This document shows positions 39,701 to 52,000 of a stretch of 64,000 nucleotides of DNA, piece by piece. Both the position numbers and the translations under genes were made by a program. Under the pieces are notes generated by a model. That model ran no database searches. It was not told where the DNA came from and saw only the letters and a program-made list of their open reading frames with translations. The stretch lies in assembly GCF_964355755.1 (NCBI RefSeq), contig NC_092670.1, positions 15,238,795 through 15,302,794 of the forward strand. Direction: 5' to 3'. The stretch comes from Antedon mediterranea (lineage: Eukaryota > Animalia > Echinodermata). Each line of letters starts with the position of its first letter. The first letter of the stretch is position 1.

Positions 39701-40337
39701 ATTCTGTTAGCATGTTGTCTACGTGAGTTTGAACATTATTGTCACAGTTATATTTTTGTAGATCTAGGTTAAAGTCACCCATAAGGTATGCCTTTTTATT
39801 TTCATTGTTTATCATGTGCATTAATTCACTAAGTTGATTATTAAATGTTGGAATATGGGCTTTAGGGGGCCTGTAGATTATTCCACATATAATTGATTTA
39901 TCATTATTTTTTAATTCAATTATAATGCACTCTCCCTCGTTTATCATAGCAGACAAGTCATTTCTTATTTGATATGATATATTTGAGTGTATGTACAATG
40001 CTACACATCCCCCTGTCTGGGTTTCTCTGTTTTTAAAGATAGGTGTATAGTTTGGAAGTGTATATAAACCAAGGTGATGTTTGCTTGAAAGCCAAGTTTC
40101 AGTAAGTCCTATTACATTAAATTCAAAATCGAGAGAGGATACATAATTTTTAAATTCTTCAAATTTGTTAACAATACTTCTACAGTTTAATGCAAACATA
40201 GAAAAACTATTAGTTGACGTTTGACTGAACGTGGATTTAAATGTATCAATACTAAAGTAATAGTTTTCCTTATAGTTAAATGCGGTTGTATTTTCGTCTT
40301 CATAATTAAAATTATCAATATTTAGAATTGAAAACAT
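36706..40337 (-). pseudogene. LINE ORF2: APE endonuclease + reverse transcriptase (disrupted)
   Basis: NCRSI, GLTETWL, IYRPP, MGDFN, IDNI, SDH (39330-40337); PWIT, KKTW (38073-38774); FLDLSKAFD, GVPQGSILGP, FADD, KFLGV (36706-37992). Split by the 38784-39376 insert and a frameshift near 38075. Confidence 0.9.
38784..39376. mobile_element. Kolobok-like non-autonomous DNA transposon
   Basis: TTAA duplicated at 38780-38783 and 39377-39380; imperfect TIRs AGCTCAGGTACAGGCA / TGCCCGCACCTGGCCT (AG..CT ends, not piggyBac CCC); removal restores FSDSLK-TMIDKHFP. Confidence 0.8.
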
Positions 40338-40687
40338 ATAATTTCGTTAATATAAATAAATATCAGTTAATTATAGGGCCTAATGACAAAAGAAATATTT
40401 GATAATAAATATAACCTTATTTGCTATATCTGTACATTAGCTCCCCGTCATAATTTTTTTTATTTTATTTTTTATTTTACCGTGACCCCTTATTAATGAA
40501 TGTAGTAATACAAATTTATATACAATTTTATAAACAACCCCAACTTATATGAATGCACTGTATGCAACAGTTCACAGCAATGTGGGGCTGTGTATAATAA
40601 CAAGACATGGATAGTATTTTGTCCAAATTACATAAATACCATCTCATGTTAAATAAGTGTGTTGCTTACTAACAGAGTGTGGTCTGG

Positions 40688-41503
40688 TCACTTTGTAGGT
40701 TCACGGTATAGTCTCCCATCTATATATAATGATCCATTTCTAAATACAGGATGTCTTCCTTCATTGTATGCTTTCAACATTATGTCTCGGTACTCACGTT
40801 TCTTCTTGGCATCTGATGCTGTAAGGTCCTCCATTGCATAAAAATCTTTATTTTTCAGTGACTTCACCTTCTTAAGAACCTCGTTTCGTTCTGGCCTATA
40901 GATAAATTTAGCAATTATTTGCCTAGGTTTTTGGTCTCCTCTGGTCTGTTTACCGGTTCTATGGGCGTTTTCAATGTTAATATCCTTCAGGTGTAGTTTA
41001 TCGCTTATAAGTGTATTTAGTTTATCTAGTGTATTTTCGTTCTCATCTTCATTTATTCCTCCAAATCGTAAATTAAATCCTCTTGAATATCTTTCCATTC
41101 TATAAATATCCACTTCTAGGTTACTAATTTGCTTATTTTTCTCCTTCAGTTCTGTTTCAATGTTGTCAATACGTGTATTTAATCTACTTACACTCGCTTG
41201 GGTTTCCGTAGTGGATGTTGTGTAATATTCCAATGACTGGTCCATAATACGTTGTGTTTCTTCCACTTTTGTTATTCTTTCTATTAGTACTTGTTGATTG
41301 GATTTGATCGACGATATTCCATCTTCGATTCTTTTATTAATATCAACAAACATCTCTTTTAGATCTTTTCTCAGGGCCTTTATTTCAGAAGATGACGTGT
41401 CAGTCCTCAAGTCAGTAGTCGCGGGAACTTTAAGCTGACGTGGCATAGGCGTTGCCTCAGTAGTTTCAGATATTTGTTTAGATTTCGCTCTAGTAGCACT
41501 CAT
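40688..41503 (-). CDS. LINE ORF1 protein (coiled coil + L1-type RRM/CTD)
   Basis: Intact 271-aa ORF; heptad region, then NLRFGGI.E...E, IENAHRTG, PRQIIAKF, EDLT. Confidence 0.88.
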   Translation of the reverse strand: MSATRAKSKQISETTEATPMPRQLKVPATTDLRTDTSSSEIKALRKDLKEMFVDINKRIEDGISSIKSNQQVLIERITKVEETQRIMDQSLEYYTTSTTETQASVSRLNTRIDNIETELKEKNKQISNLEVDIYRMERYSRGFNLRFGGINEDENENTLDKLNTLISDKLHLKDINIENAHRTGKQTRGDQKPRQIIAKFIYRPERNEVLKKVKSLKNKDFYAMEDLTASDAKKKREYRDIMLKAYNEGRHPVFRNGSLYIDGRLYREPTK

Positions 41504-41664
41504 TTTTTACAATCGACTTCTTATTTTACTTTTATTTGATTGTAGAAGCTGTTTAAAACTTACGTTCAGTTTATTTCATCCTTTAACTTACTTTTGGGAG
41601 TTCGATAAAGTTTTAGCTTTGACGGAGCTCAGTAACTGTACGTCTTCATTACATAGCGCCCTCT

Positions 41665-42460
41665 TATTTACATTTTCTCAATATTAAAATTTGTATAAAA
41701 GTATAAAACCAATGATAATTATATATAAAAAAGGAGGCAATTTACACAAGAAATACAATACAGGAACATTCAAAAAGTTTAGCTTAAAATATTAAAATAG
41801 AAAAAAAAACACCTAAAAGCACCAATAAGAATCGCATAGCTGTACTGGGTGATATATACTGATTATTCATTTAGAAGCGAGATAAGGTATGGTATTGCAC
41901 TTTTTCTATATCTTTCAACTCTGCATTTGGGTTGTTGATACTTTACACGTCTTAGTTTCATGTTACTTACATTCTTCACTGGAAACCATTTTCCAAAATG
42001 AAATACTTTTTGAACAATTCAGAGCAAACTTATAGCATAGATTACGCCTTCTATCAGATAAAGTGTCTAAAGAAAGATCATTGAGTGCTTGGTCATAACA
42101 TATGTAGTCATTACACAATATTATTCTGCAAGCCCTTTTTTGGACAGATTCTATCATATCACTTTGTTTCTTAGTGAGACTAGAATGCCATACTGGGACA
42201 GCATATTCAACACTTAGTCTTATGTAACTCTTAAATACATCTACAAGATCAAATTTCGGAAGATTGAACTTTCTTAATCTACATAATATATGCAGACGTC
42301 TGCTGGCTTTGGATACAATTTCTTTAACATTACGGTCCCATTTGAGGTTAGCTTGTATCCACAAACCTAGTAACTTAGTTTCATTAACGATTTCAATTGT
42401 AGCATTACCAATCAAAAGGGGTTCATGTTCATATTGATTTCTTTGAAAGTTAAAATACAT
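41665..42460 (-). mobile_element. 5'-truncated older LINE (RT C-terminus); its tail probably lies at 36375-36430
   Basis: KLLGLWIQANLKW, EYAVPVWHSSLT..Q...IESVQKRA.RII, L..RR (ORF 41963-42460). A tail GTAATTCAGCTAAGGCTGCG..AATAAA(TGAAA)n sits on the far side of the full-length LINE. Confidence 0.8.
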
Positions 42461-42479
42461 ATATACATATATAAAAAAA

Positions 42480-43745
42480 AATCAAGATCAAAAAAGTTAA
42501 AACTGCCTCAATATAGATTTATTTTAACGACATGTTTCGGGCATAGCCCATCATCAGGTGAAAAGAATTGTAACAAAGGATAACATATATAAGTCACAAA
42601 ATTACATAATAAAACAAATCAGCCAATCAAAGATGTTAACAAACAAAAGGCATAGTTATAAAGGCACGCCTCCAAAAGCTATGGTGTACAAAGCAGGAAT
42701 GGTTGCTTATAAAGCAGGAAATTTAAAACAAAGACAAAAGCTTCAAGTGTAAATAATTGTTAATATGTGAATGTCTCTGGCAAAATTAATGTTTAAAGGA
42801 TCTAAATTGTACATTTATGCCGGTAGGGGCAAGAGTGCCAAGCTTTACAATTATTCTTTCTTCTATAATTCTACGAGATGTCTCAGAACCATTACATACT
42901 TTAACACCAGAAATAGTAATATCTGAAAGGGAATGCTCATTATTACAAAAATGGGTGGCTACAGGTAATCCGGGAGTCTTTAGTTTAATAGACCTTAAAT
43001 GTTCTACAAACCTATCACCTAACCTGCGTTTAGTTTCACCAATATAAAGCATATTACATTTAGTACACGAAATACAATAAACTAGATTTCTAGTGGTGCA
43101 CGTAATACGATCTGTGATAACATAATTACCAGAAGGTCCTACTATTTTGGTTTGAACATGAAACGTAATTACATGTCGAACATCTATTTCTATTACATTT
43201 GAATGTTCCAGTTGATTCATTACCTTTGTTTTGTAATTTAGATTTAACTAAAGTGTCTTTAATGCTTTGATCACGTCTGTAAGCTATCATGGGTGGTTCT
43301 TGAAAAATATCTTTTGTAGCGGATTTATCTTCAGTCAAAATTGAAAAGTTATCACGGACAATGTTAATAACCTTCTTATTCATAGGATGATACGTGAGGA
43401 CTAGAGGTATGCGGTCACAAGCATTTGTATTATGTGTAGGTTGTAATGTGTCCTCGTGCGTTAACTGGCAAACTTTTCTTAGAGATTTCACAGTAATGTC
43501 AGATGGATATTCGCGTGCATTGAAAAAATCGATCATCTCAGATGCTTTGATGTTAAAGTCATCATCATCGCTACATAAACGTCGAAGTCTAACAAGTTGC
43601 GAATACGGTATAGCATTCTTACAAGCTGGAGGATGCGAAGAGTTGTAATTTAGATAAGTGTGCGCGTCAGTATCTTTGTAGTGGACGGATGTAGAAAGAC
43701 CAGGTTTATCAATAGATAAACTAATATCAAGGAAAGGCACACACT
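42480..43745 (-). mobile_element. Penelope-like element 3' part (RT thumb + GIY-YIG endonuclease, Neptune-like Cys knuckle)
   Basis: PFLDI, YK.TD...YL...SSHP...K..IPYSQ..RLRRLCS, IPLVLTYHP, C...RC.TC, NLVYCISC.KC.MLYIGET.R.L..RF.EH, PVA.HF, LGTLAP.GIN; one frameshift near 43160. Confidence 0.92.
42522..42565 (-). ncRNA. Minimal type I hammerhead ribozyme in the Penelope pseudo-LTR
   Basis: Minus strand: CUUUUCAC-CUGAUGA-U-GGGC UAU GCCC-GAAAC-AU-GUC-GUUAAAA: conserved core boxes, 4-bp stem II, palindromic stem III, stem I with one mismatch. Confidence 0.75.
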
Positions 43746-43846
43746 TGTTTGGTTGGGTTGGTTGAAAAAAAAATGGATCGAATTTCTGTTATGAGTATAC
43801 AGTACTTGCCTTTACGACGCCTAAGGGAATAGACACTTGTGGAACA

Positions 43847-44327
43847 GATATTGGAATGTTCCATTCATTGCAAATCAATACATTTGTATAAACGTATAGG
43901 CCTATTAAATCTATCAAAATAGTATTTTTTTTTAAAAATCGGCCTGTCTTCAACATTATGATGCTGTACTCGAGCTGTTCAACCGGTTTGCAGCCATTAA
44001 AAACAATTATCGTAGGAGGAGATAGGAAAATTCGAAGCATCCTCGTATTATTGTCTGCGGGTATTTTTCAAGACGGACATCCATTAGACAGTGTATACCA
44101 CGATCGAAAAACACCCCTATTTGGGGCAAATCGTTGAACCTAAATTCGTTTTAATCGTCAATAACAATAACTAATTATCGAACTCAATTTAATTAGTAAA
44201 CAGGGTTACATCTGGTGGTTAAAATCAGTACCGAAAGTACGAACCAACTTTATATACCATCGAGTAAACATTCTAGAAATAACGCGCGATTTACCGAATT
44301 TTGCCCTTACGTAAATTTATATATAGA
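43847..44327 (-). mobile_element. Second, partial copy (5' half) of the 30266-31424 Helitron
   Basis: Near-identical to ~30958-31424, with the same terminus ..GTAAATTTATATATAGA|T. Confidence 0.85.
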
Positions 44328-44332
44328 TATTA

Positions 44333-44735
44333 TTTTTTTTGTTACAGAAGTGAATACTGAATTTCTGTCACTTTAGTTAATTTTATTGCTAAGGTCAAGT
44401 CTTGGGGTCACTTCATCACCCTAGATATTTCAAGTGTGAAGTATCCTATTACAAACACAAACTTTAATGGACTGTTTCGATAATAATTCAATGAATATCT
44501 GACAGTGAATATACCAGAAATGCTTTGGGATTTGTAATTTTAGCATGACATGTCCTAATAGACTCTTTTTCCAGACGTTTTTTGGGTCTACTGTAGCAGC
44601 TGGAATCAATAAATTATAGTGGAGTTTCCATTTTCGCAAAACTGTCGTCCTTAGAACTATAACTGCTGCTTGCTTTAGCTTCTGATTGAGTAGTCCTAAT
44701 GGGACGTAGCGGGCTAGAGCAGCAGCGTGAAAAGG
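44333..44735 (-). mobile_element. ~390-bp polyA-tailed retrocopy/SINE-like element, copy 1
   Basis: Reverse complement of 62720-63117; starts CCTTTTCACGCTGCTGCTC, AATAAA near the 3' end, A-tract terminus. Confidence 0.75.
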
Positions 44736-45440
44736 TGTAGTAGATACCTACATATTTGTACTGAGACTAAATGTATTTTCCTACTTTAGAAGAAAGGAGG
44801 AACTGATTTGGTGGATGCCTCTATATTTATAGAAAATGCGTCTGAGGTGATTCAATAATTTACACAAGGTAGCCAAGTAAAGTTGCAACACGATTTGTTC
44901 CGATTGGAATCAATTAACAGTTCAATCCTTCTCAGCTAAATTGAGGGACCTTCCTCAAGGACTAACGGGTCTCTGCAAAGTTTAGTATTCTTATAACTAC
45001 CTATATAATTAGAGGCCTTTCGGGCAAAATAATAGGACAATGCTGTAATTTTACTTTTATTTCCTATTGTTTATTTTCTCCCAATAGAATGTTCCTCCGC
45101 GGTAATGGAGTGCTTGCGTTGTTTGAGAAAGTGCACATAGTATAGTAACACCAATAAACCCACCAATCACATAGTGAATCAAGCTTTAGGCCTACATATA
45201 TTAAAACATGAATCAAAATACTTTAAATGTATTTCACCACAAATAGAAACCAAATTTGTGTTGTCAATATGTTGTTTAAGTCAAGTCAAGTGCACAAATA
45301 AAATGTCTAAAAGCAGTAAAAAATTGACAATTTCAGAATACTGTACTGGTTCGTTTACTACTACAGTATAGTAACACACCAGTGACATTTTACCTAGAAC
45401 CAAATTAAACTAATATCCAGAGCAATTCTGAGGCACCAAA

Positions 45441-46072
45441 TAGTGGGGAACCTAATGTTCCAAATATCAATTCCGTGAGATTTTAATGCTCAAGTTGAGT
45501 TCTTGGCAGTTTTGGAATCCTTAGGACTAGTAGAATTCATTGCAACTGGGGTCAATTTTTCACGACCCTATTTTGGCCGCCATATTGGATTTCAAAATGG
45601 CCCCCATTTTGTACTCAAAACTGATAGTAGTTCCTATTTTAAACCACGTACGAACGTAATTTGTGTGACAAATCTTACAATATTATGATAAATCAATCAT
45701 ATGGTACAATTTATAATAATAGCATATGGCAACCATATTGGATTCTAAGATGGCCGCTATGAAAAACGTATATAATGTATGCATTTATATATTTAATCAT
45801 CACATTATGGCTGCCATATGCTATTATTATAAATTGGACCATTGGACTGATTTATCATAATATTGTAAGATTTGTCACACAAATTACGTTCGTACGTGGT
45901 TTAAAATAGGAGCTACTATCAGTTTTAAGTAAATCTAATATGGTGGCCAAAAAATGGTCGGCAAAAATTGGCCCCAGTTGCAATGGAGTCTACTAGTCCT
46001 AAGGATTCCAAAACTGCCAAGAACTCAACTTGAGCATTAAAATCTCACGGAATTACATTAGGTTCCCCACTA
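45441..46072. mobile_element. Fold-back element (duplicate of 16126-16757)
   Basis: TAGTGGGGAACC...GGTTCCCCACTA termini, long inverted arms. Confidence 0.85.
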
Positions 46073-46367
46073 AAAGATGTATAACGCTCTTCTTTTATTT
46101 TTGAACGAAGGTTTGAATGATAATATACGGAGAGCCGTGTACTGCTGATTGATTATAAAAAAAGCTTCGACCTAATTTTTAAACATAGATGAGATCCGTG
46201 TATGATTTGTAGAAGCGTTTTTAGCATTCACTCCGTGTGAAAATTGACCAATATCTATCGTCATGGGCATCACCTAGGCATAGAGGAGTTCCTCAAAGCT
46301 CCTGAATGATCGACCCACTTTTGATCATCGTCTATATTATCATTATTATTATCATCATCATCATTAT

Positions 46368-46996
46368 TTACCACCTCCACCAAGGAGATATATTTAATCG
46401 ATCGCGTGTGTTTGTTTGTTTGTTTGTTGGCAGGATTACTCAAAAAGTAATTACAAGATCTTTCCCAAAATGAAAATACAGATAGATATGCGGTCAAGGA
46501 CCACTCCATTAAATTTTGGAAGCAATTATTCTGGACCACTTTTTAGAATTATTTTCATACCTGCTAGTGTTAAAAGATAGTACAGAATTTTCCAAAAGCG
46601 GGTGAGCAAGTAACGAGTAAACTCAAATTGCATTTTCTCGAGAACTACTTGTCTGAAAAACTTTTTTGTTCAAGAGGCAAGAATTATAATTTGTGGTTTG
46701 TAATTTTAAAACATAATTAGATTTAATGTACACGTTTTTCGAGTAGTTTAAAAAAGCTATTTCTTTTCAAATTCATTCGTTTGTTTTTCGGGTTGCTGTT
46801 CTATTGTTAGTCAGCTGAAGATATTGTTAGTTGAAAGGCTGGTTACATAATATAACTATCCCACCAAACTCGCATACTGTACACATGCTTGTAGTGAAAT
46901 TAGTCTAAATCACACACAATTTTTCCGGAGACTAAATCTTATGTAGAAGAATGTTACAGTAGGTGGAACTATGCACTCTCGGAGTGGCTTTCTAGT
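46368..46996 (+). mobile_element. Helentron-type element (duplicate of 17051-17680)
   Basis: Same termini, microsatellite and hairpin. Confidence 0.65.
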
Positions 46997-49087
46997 TGTC
47001 ATTATGAGTGAGTAGAGCAAAGCGGTTTAAGACAGTGAAACCGTAATACCCTGCCATATTAACATCGGCAAGGTTTCGAGCCTCACTCGCTCCATGGTTC
47101 TGGTGGTAGAACTAGTTTTCTCGTGCACTTTAAAGAATCTAGTACATTTTTCGAGACGAGCTACGACGGTGTGTCATCATGCTTCACTTGTTTGCGCGTT
47201 TGTTAGATCTGTTTATTGAATATGGATGTCTTGTCTGGTATACCAGTTTTACTAATGAGACTAAACAACTTGAAAGGATCAAAATGAAGCTCCCTGCCCC
47301 GTCCCGTCTTCAGAGGCCATCAATGCTTAGTGCAACATACTTTAATAAAATATAAAAAAAACACCGTCTCCGTTCTCTTTTCTTTTAAAAGTAGCCCCGA
47401 CTCATAATTATAACTTACGCAGATATTTGAAATCTCGTCTGTTGTAACTTCAATCACATATATTTTAGATTGCCGTACAGCTTAATTCAATTGAATTGAA
47501 CAACTGGCGTTGCGAGCAAACAGGTCATCACCTTGCACTAAGCATATAGATATATATCTATGCACTAAGAAATGTAGCTCATGCATTCCTAGTTCAAGTG
47601 ACCGAAGCTCAATCAAAAGAAATAGTTGAAAGTATTTTTTTAGAATTATGATTGAAAATGGTTAAAAATATTAAAATATGTTTGTTTTATTTGTTTGGCT
47701 TATAATTTACTTTTTCAAAAAAGGGAAGAAGACAATGATAACAAAATACCATTTCTGATCCGAACCTATTCATTTTAACATAAATATAAATATGGGCATT
47801 CTGAACAATTTGATACTATCAATACTATTTTATGTCAACCTGTTTTGGGATGGGACATCATTTAAAATTGAGATCCTAATATGTCAAAATTCCTACTTTC
47901 GGTCATTGTTTGCAAAAGGAAACTGCTATTAGAGTGAATATAAAAATTCATAAGAGTACGTTCTTTGGCACCCAAATTATATTTCTACATCTGTTAATTA
48001 TCGAGAACTGCAAATGTACCAAAATACGGGAACAATTTTGTAAAAATTGTAAATGAAATTACGTCAAAGGTCAAAACTATAATTTCCTGTAAATGTTGGC
48101 CAAACTGTCGCATTACCATATCAATGTGGGTATTCTGCATAATTTCGAAACTAAAGCTTCGATGCCATACCGGTTATTGAGCTATGGATCCCATTTAAAG
48201 GTAATATATCAAAAGTCCTACTTTCGGTCATGTACTACAAAAAACTTTCTGAGTACTTTGGTACAAAAATTGTATTTCTTCTAGTCCCTGAGAAATGAAA
48301 ATGAATTACTTAACATAGGCCTACTTAAATCCAACATGGCCGACTAAATGGGTAAAAACTTGATCTGGTAAATAGACATACTTGGGAATGGAAAAAAAAC
48401 AATATTTAAAATATATACCTCAGGAGTGCATGGGAACCCACATTTCCTACTAGACTAACAGTAGTAGTACAATAAAAATAGTTTAAAATATCAAGAACCG
48501 TCGATACACTAGACTGCTATTAAAGATGACATTTTATTTTTATTTATTTATTATTGTTTACCCTTTTTTCGTTTCAACATTTTTAAACGCAGAAGAAATA
48601 CTGTATTTGTTATATATATCGGTATATCTTACTGAAATATCAACCATGTTTTACTGTTTGTTATTCATAGTTAAATACAGCTTATAAGAGTGTAATAAAA
48701 AAGGAAACGGATTGAAATTAACCAAATTGCTCAAAAGCCAGAGCTTCCGGGGAATTAATAAATGTCACAATCAACATCTTCGTAACCTTAATTTCGATTT
48801 TACCTGCTCTCATTATACACTAGAAACTATTTACGTCTTCATTCATAATGAACGGGCACAATTTGTTTTCACAATTGGCAGCGAATTCTAGGTCCAAACA
48901 GTATATATGTGTCGTCAGTCGTAGGTTGCCGAAAATCGTGTTAATCCATATCATTTTCATTGCATTATGTAAATTCAGAAAAAAAACCAAAAAATAACAT
49001 TTAAACTTTGTAAAACATTTATTTCAGTAAACAGAAGTCATCGGTTATAGGTTATTTATCATTGATCTTTTGGATTTGATTCATATG

Positions 49088-52000
49088 TTACATTCTAAAT
49101 GTCATAAAGGTATCGATTTCCTCTTCAAACGTGCTGATACTTCGCCGACGTCTGGAGCAGTTACCACGCTTGATCTCAGCACAACGTGAACTACTTGCTT
49201 CAGGTTTACACGATACCATCTTACATTTCAAAAATACCTAGACAAAAAACAAATGTTGTATGAATAAATAGCAAATCTCAACAGTCTCGAATAATACAGT
49301 ATTAGAAAATATCAATGCAATAGTATTTTTTTGTTATGTAATATAACATCCCACTACCCCACACTCTCTCTTTGATTATGGGTTAGTTGCAATATAAAGT
49401 GTTTGATGATAGGTCAGTTTTCATAACAGTAAATGTCATCACTATTTTTAAACAAAGACTCTTACCTCGTTAGTTAAGCCATATTGCAGGAATCCAAATG
49501 ATTTAATAGAGAAGCGGTGATCCAAGCCAGAAGGAATAAAACTGACGGATGAGTCTACACCACACCTAAATAATCAAGAAAGAAGATCATTACTTTAATT
49601 ATAGAAGTCATAGTCATATATACTTTATTGTCCATTTAAAAAACAGAAATGTGATTTGAAAACTGGCAAAATATAAAAATATAAAATACAATTTACAAAA
49701 ACACACACAAAAAGTTAAGAGGCTAAAAATTGTTAAAATTAGATAAAAATTATCGGTTACATTTTACCTTTGTACGAGTTATATAAGTGTATAGCATTAG
49801 GTACAAACGAGCACCTAAACCGTTTTGTTTTGGTATTAAGTGCACGTAGTCTTATGCCAGAATTCATGAGAGCAAATTGTTTGTGAAGAGGATGTGTTTC
49901 ATCATCAATGATACTTTTTACTTTTTTTAACACATTTTCTTTATACAAGGATTCAACATCAGGTAAGTGCTCTCCTACTAGTCTAATTGCTCTATTTCCT
50001 ATTCGATTAAGTTTAATTTTATCTTTTTGCATTGTATTACCATAAAAACAAACATTACAAAAAAGTATTACACTGAGAATTACAGAGTTATAAAACAATT
50101 TAAGTATAGTTTTGTCAATTTGTAGGTACTTCATTTTTCTTAAAATAAACATCCTTTGGTTGGCTTTGCATGTGGCTTTATTTACATTATTTATCCAATT
50201 TAGCTTATTGTCAATTATACAACCCAGATATTTGTACTCATTTACTACTTCAATCTCATTTTCATTTATAATCAGAGGTTCTAAGGGTTCTTTAATTTTC
50301 CTAAAATCAATTTGCATTTCTTTTGTTTTCTTTATGTTTAGTTTCAGGTTGTTATTGCAGCACCAGTGATAAAAATCACATCCTAGTTGTCTATAGCTTG
50401 TTTCATCATTGCCAGTAATGTATCCAGTGATGACTGTGTCATCTGCATATTTTACTATACAACATTCATTTGAATTGGCTCTGAAACTGCTGGTGAACAG
50501 TGAAAACAACATTGGGGAGATAACAGACCCTTGTGGCGTGCCAATGCTAACAGAATAATGTGTTCTTATGCACTGTTGAAAATCAAAGTCTTGTCCTGTG
50601 TCTTTTTGTAATTCATTACAAAAAAATATGAAAATTGTTCAACAGAATTCCACAATGGGACACGCAGGGGAAGTTCACGTAAAGAAAATTACATGCCAGA
50701 GATGTCCAAATAATTATCAAGTCAAATGAAATCAAAATCTTCTTTCTTGTATTACAATTATAATACAATTAATATTCAGTAATAGTATAGTTAATAGATA
50801 ATAATTATCTGAAAAAATATATAATACATAATAAGCTAAATGAGTAAAAAATATGAAGACAATTGTAGTAAAAGTATATAAATATAAACACCTTACCCGT
50901 TTTCAATGAATGTGTATTTCTTGTCATTCTCTGTGCATGTTCCAAATTTAGCCATTGCTTTGCAGCTTTCAATGGCAACGTCCTTCGAAGATGTGCTCTG
51001 CGCAGAAAAGTACAAGGTTTCTTTGAGTTCAACTGATGCAGTTCCAGTGATGTCTGTTCTGTAACTTGAGTCTTCATACATCTTAAGATAAGTCTTAAAC
51101 TCTCCAGTTGCTTTGTATTTTTCGGGTTTTACTGCTGCCACTGGTTTGAAGAATACGTCATTAACCTTAAGTCCTCTCATTTCACAAATAATTTGCATCT
51201 CAACCTTATGCTTTGCTCGGGTTACTGGTGCACCTGGGAAGATTGGTTTCGGGTCGTCTCTGATTGTGTTGTAGAATTTAGTTTTCGATTTTGATGAACG
51301 CTTGAAAAAAAAGCAAACTGAATATACAGACATGTTTTAAATACATGTATTCCTAATAACATAACTTATACATGTATATAGATATAACTATATCAACTAA
51401 AGACAGAGTTAAGTTCAATTGACGTCGATTTAAAAAAAAGGAAGCTAAGTAGATTCAATATTTTTACGCAATGGCCAATAAAAGACTGTACGCGTAACAT
51501 ATTACAGCATTTTGATTGAAAACTAAATATATTGAAATTAAACGTGTATTTCACCAATAAATGCATTACAAGTTGACGCATTCCAATGAGTTTTAGTCCT
51601 CTATTATTGTTGCTCTTTTGGTGCTCCATAGATACAGAAATATTGAACAACTATTATTACTATCTACTAAATATTTTTTTATTTTACGTATCTCCTCCAA
51701 AACCACTGAACGGTACGTGCTCACATTTGGCACACAGATGTTTATTGATGGACTGCACACGATAGGCTATGTCACTTTCCTGAATTCTAAGGAGAAACGC
51801 TAAAAAAGGCAAAAAATATCAGTAATTTGACGTCTCAGCGACCGTGTTACGTCACTGTAAAAATTACGCAACCTCCTCTTTGTGTACCGCCATGGCCGGA
51901 TGGGTCTACAAATACCATGCCAGGCCGCCAAAACACCACTCTTTAGTCAACCGTATCTAATGATCACGTCGTTGAAGTTAATTATACACATAGTTTGAAC

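Larger units (their letters stand above)
36431..41664 (-). mobile_element. Near full-length two-ORF LINE (CR1/L2/Crack group), inactivated by an insertion and a frameshift
   Basis: 5' UTR, ORF1, spacer, APE-RT ORF2, 3' UTR with AATAAA and (AATC)n tail at ~36431-36465. Confidence 0.92.
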
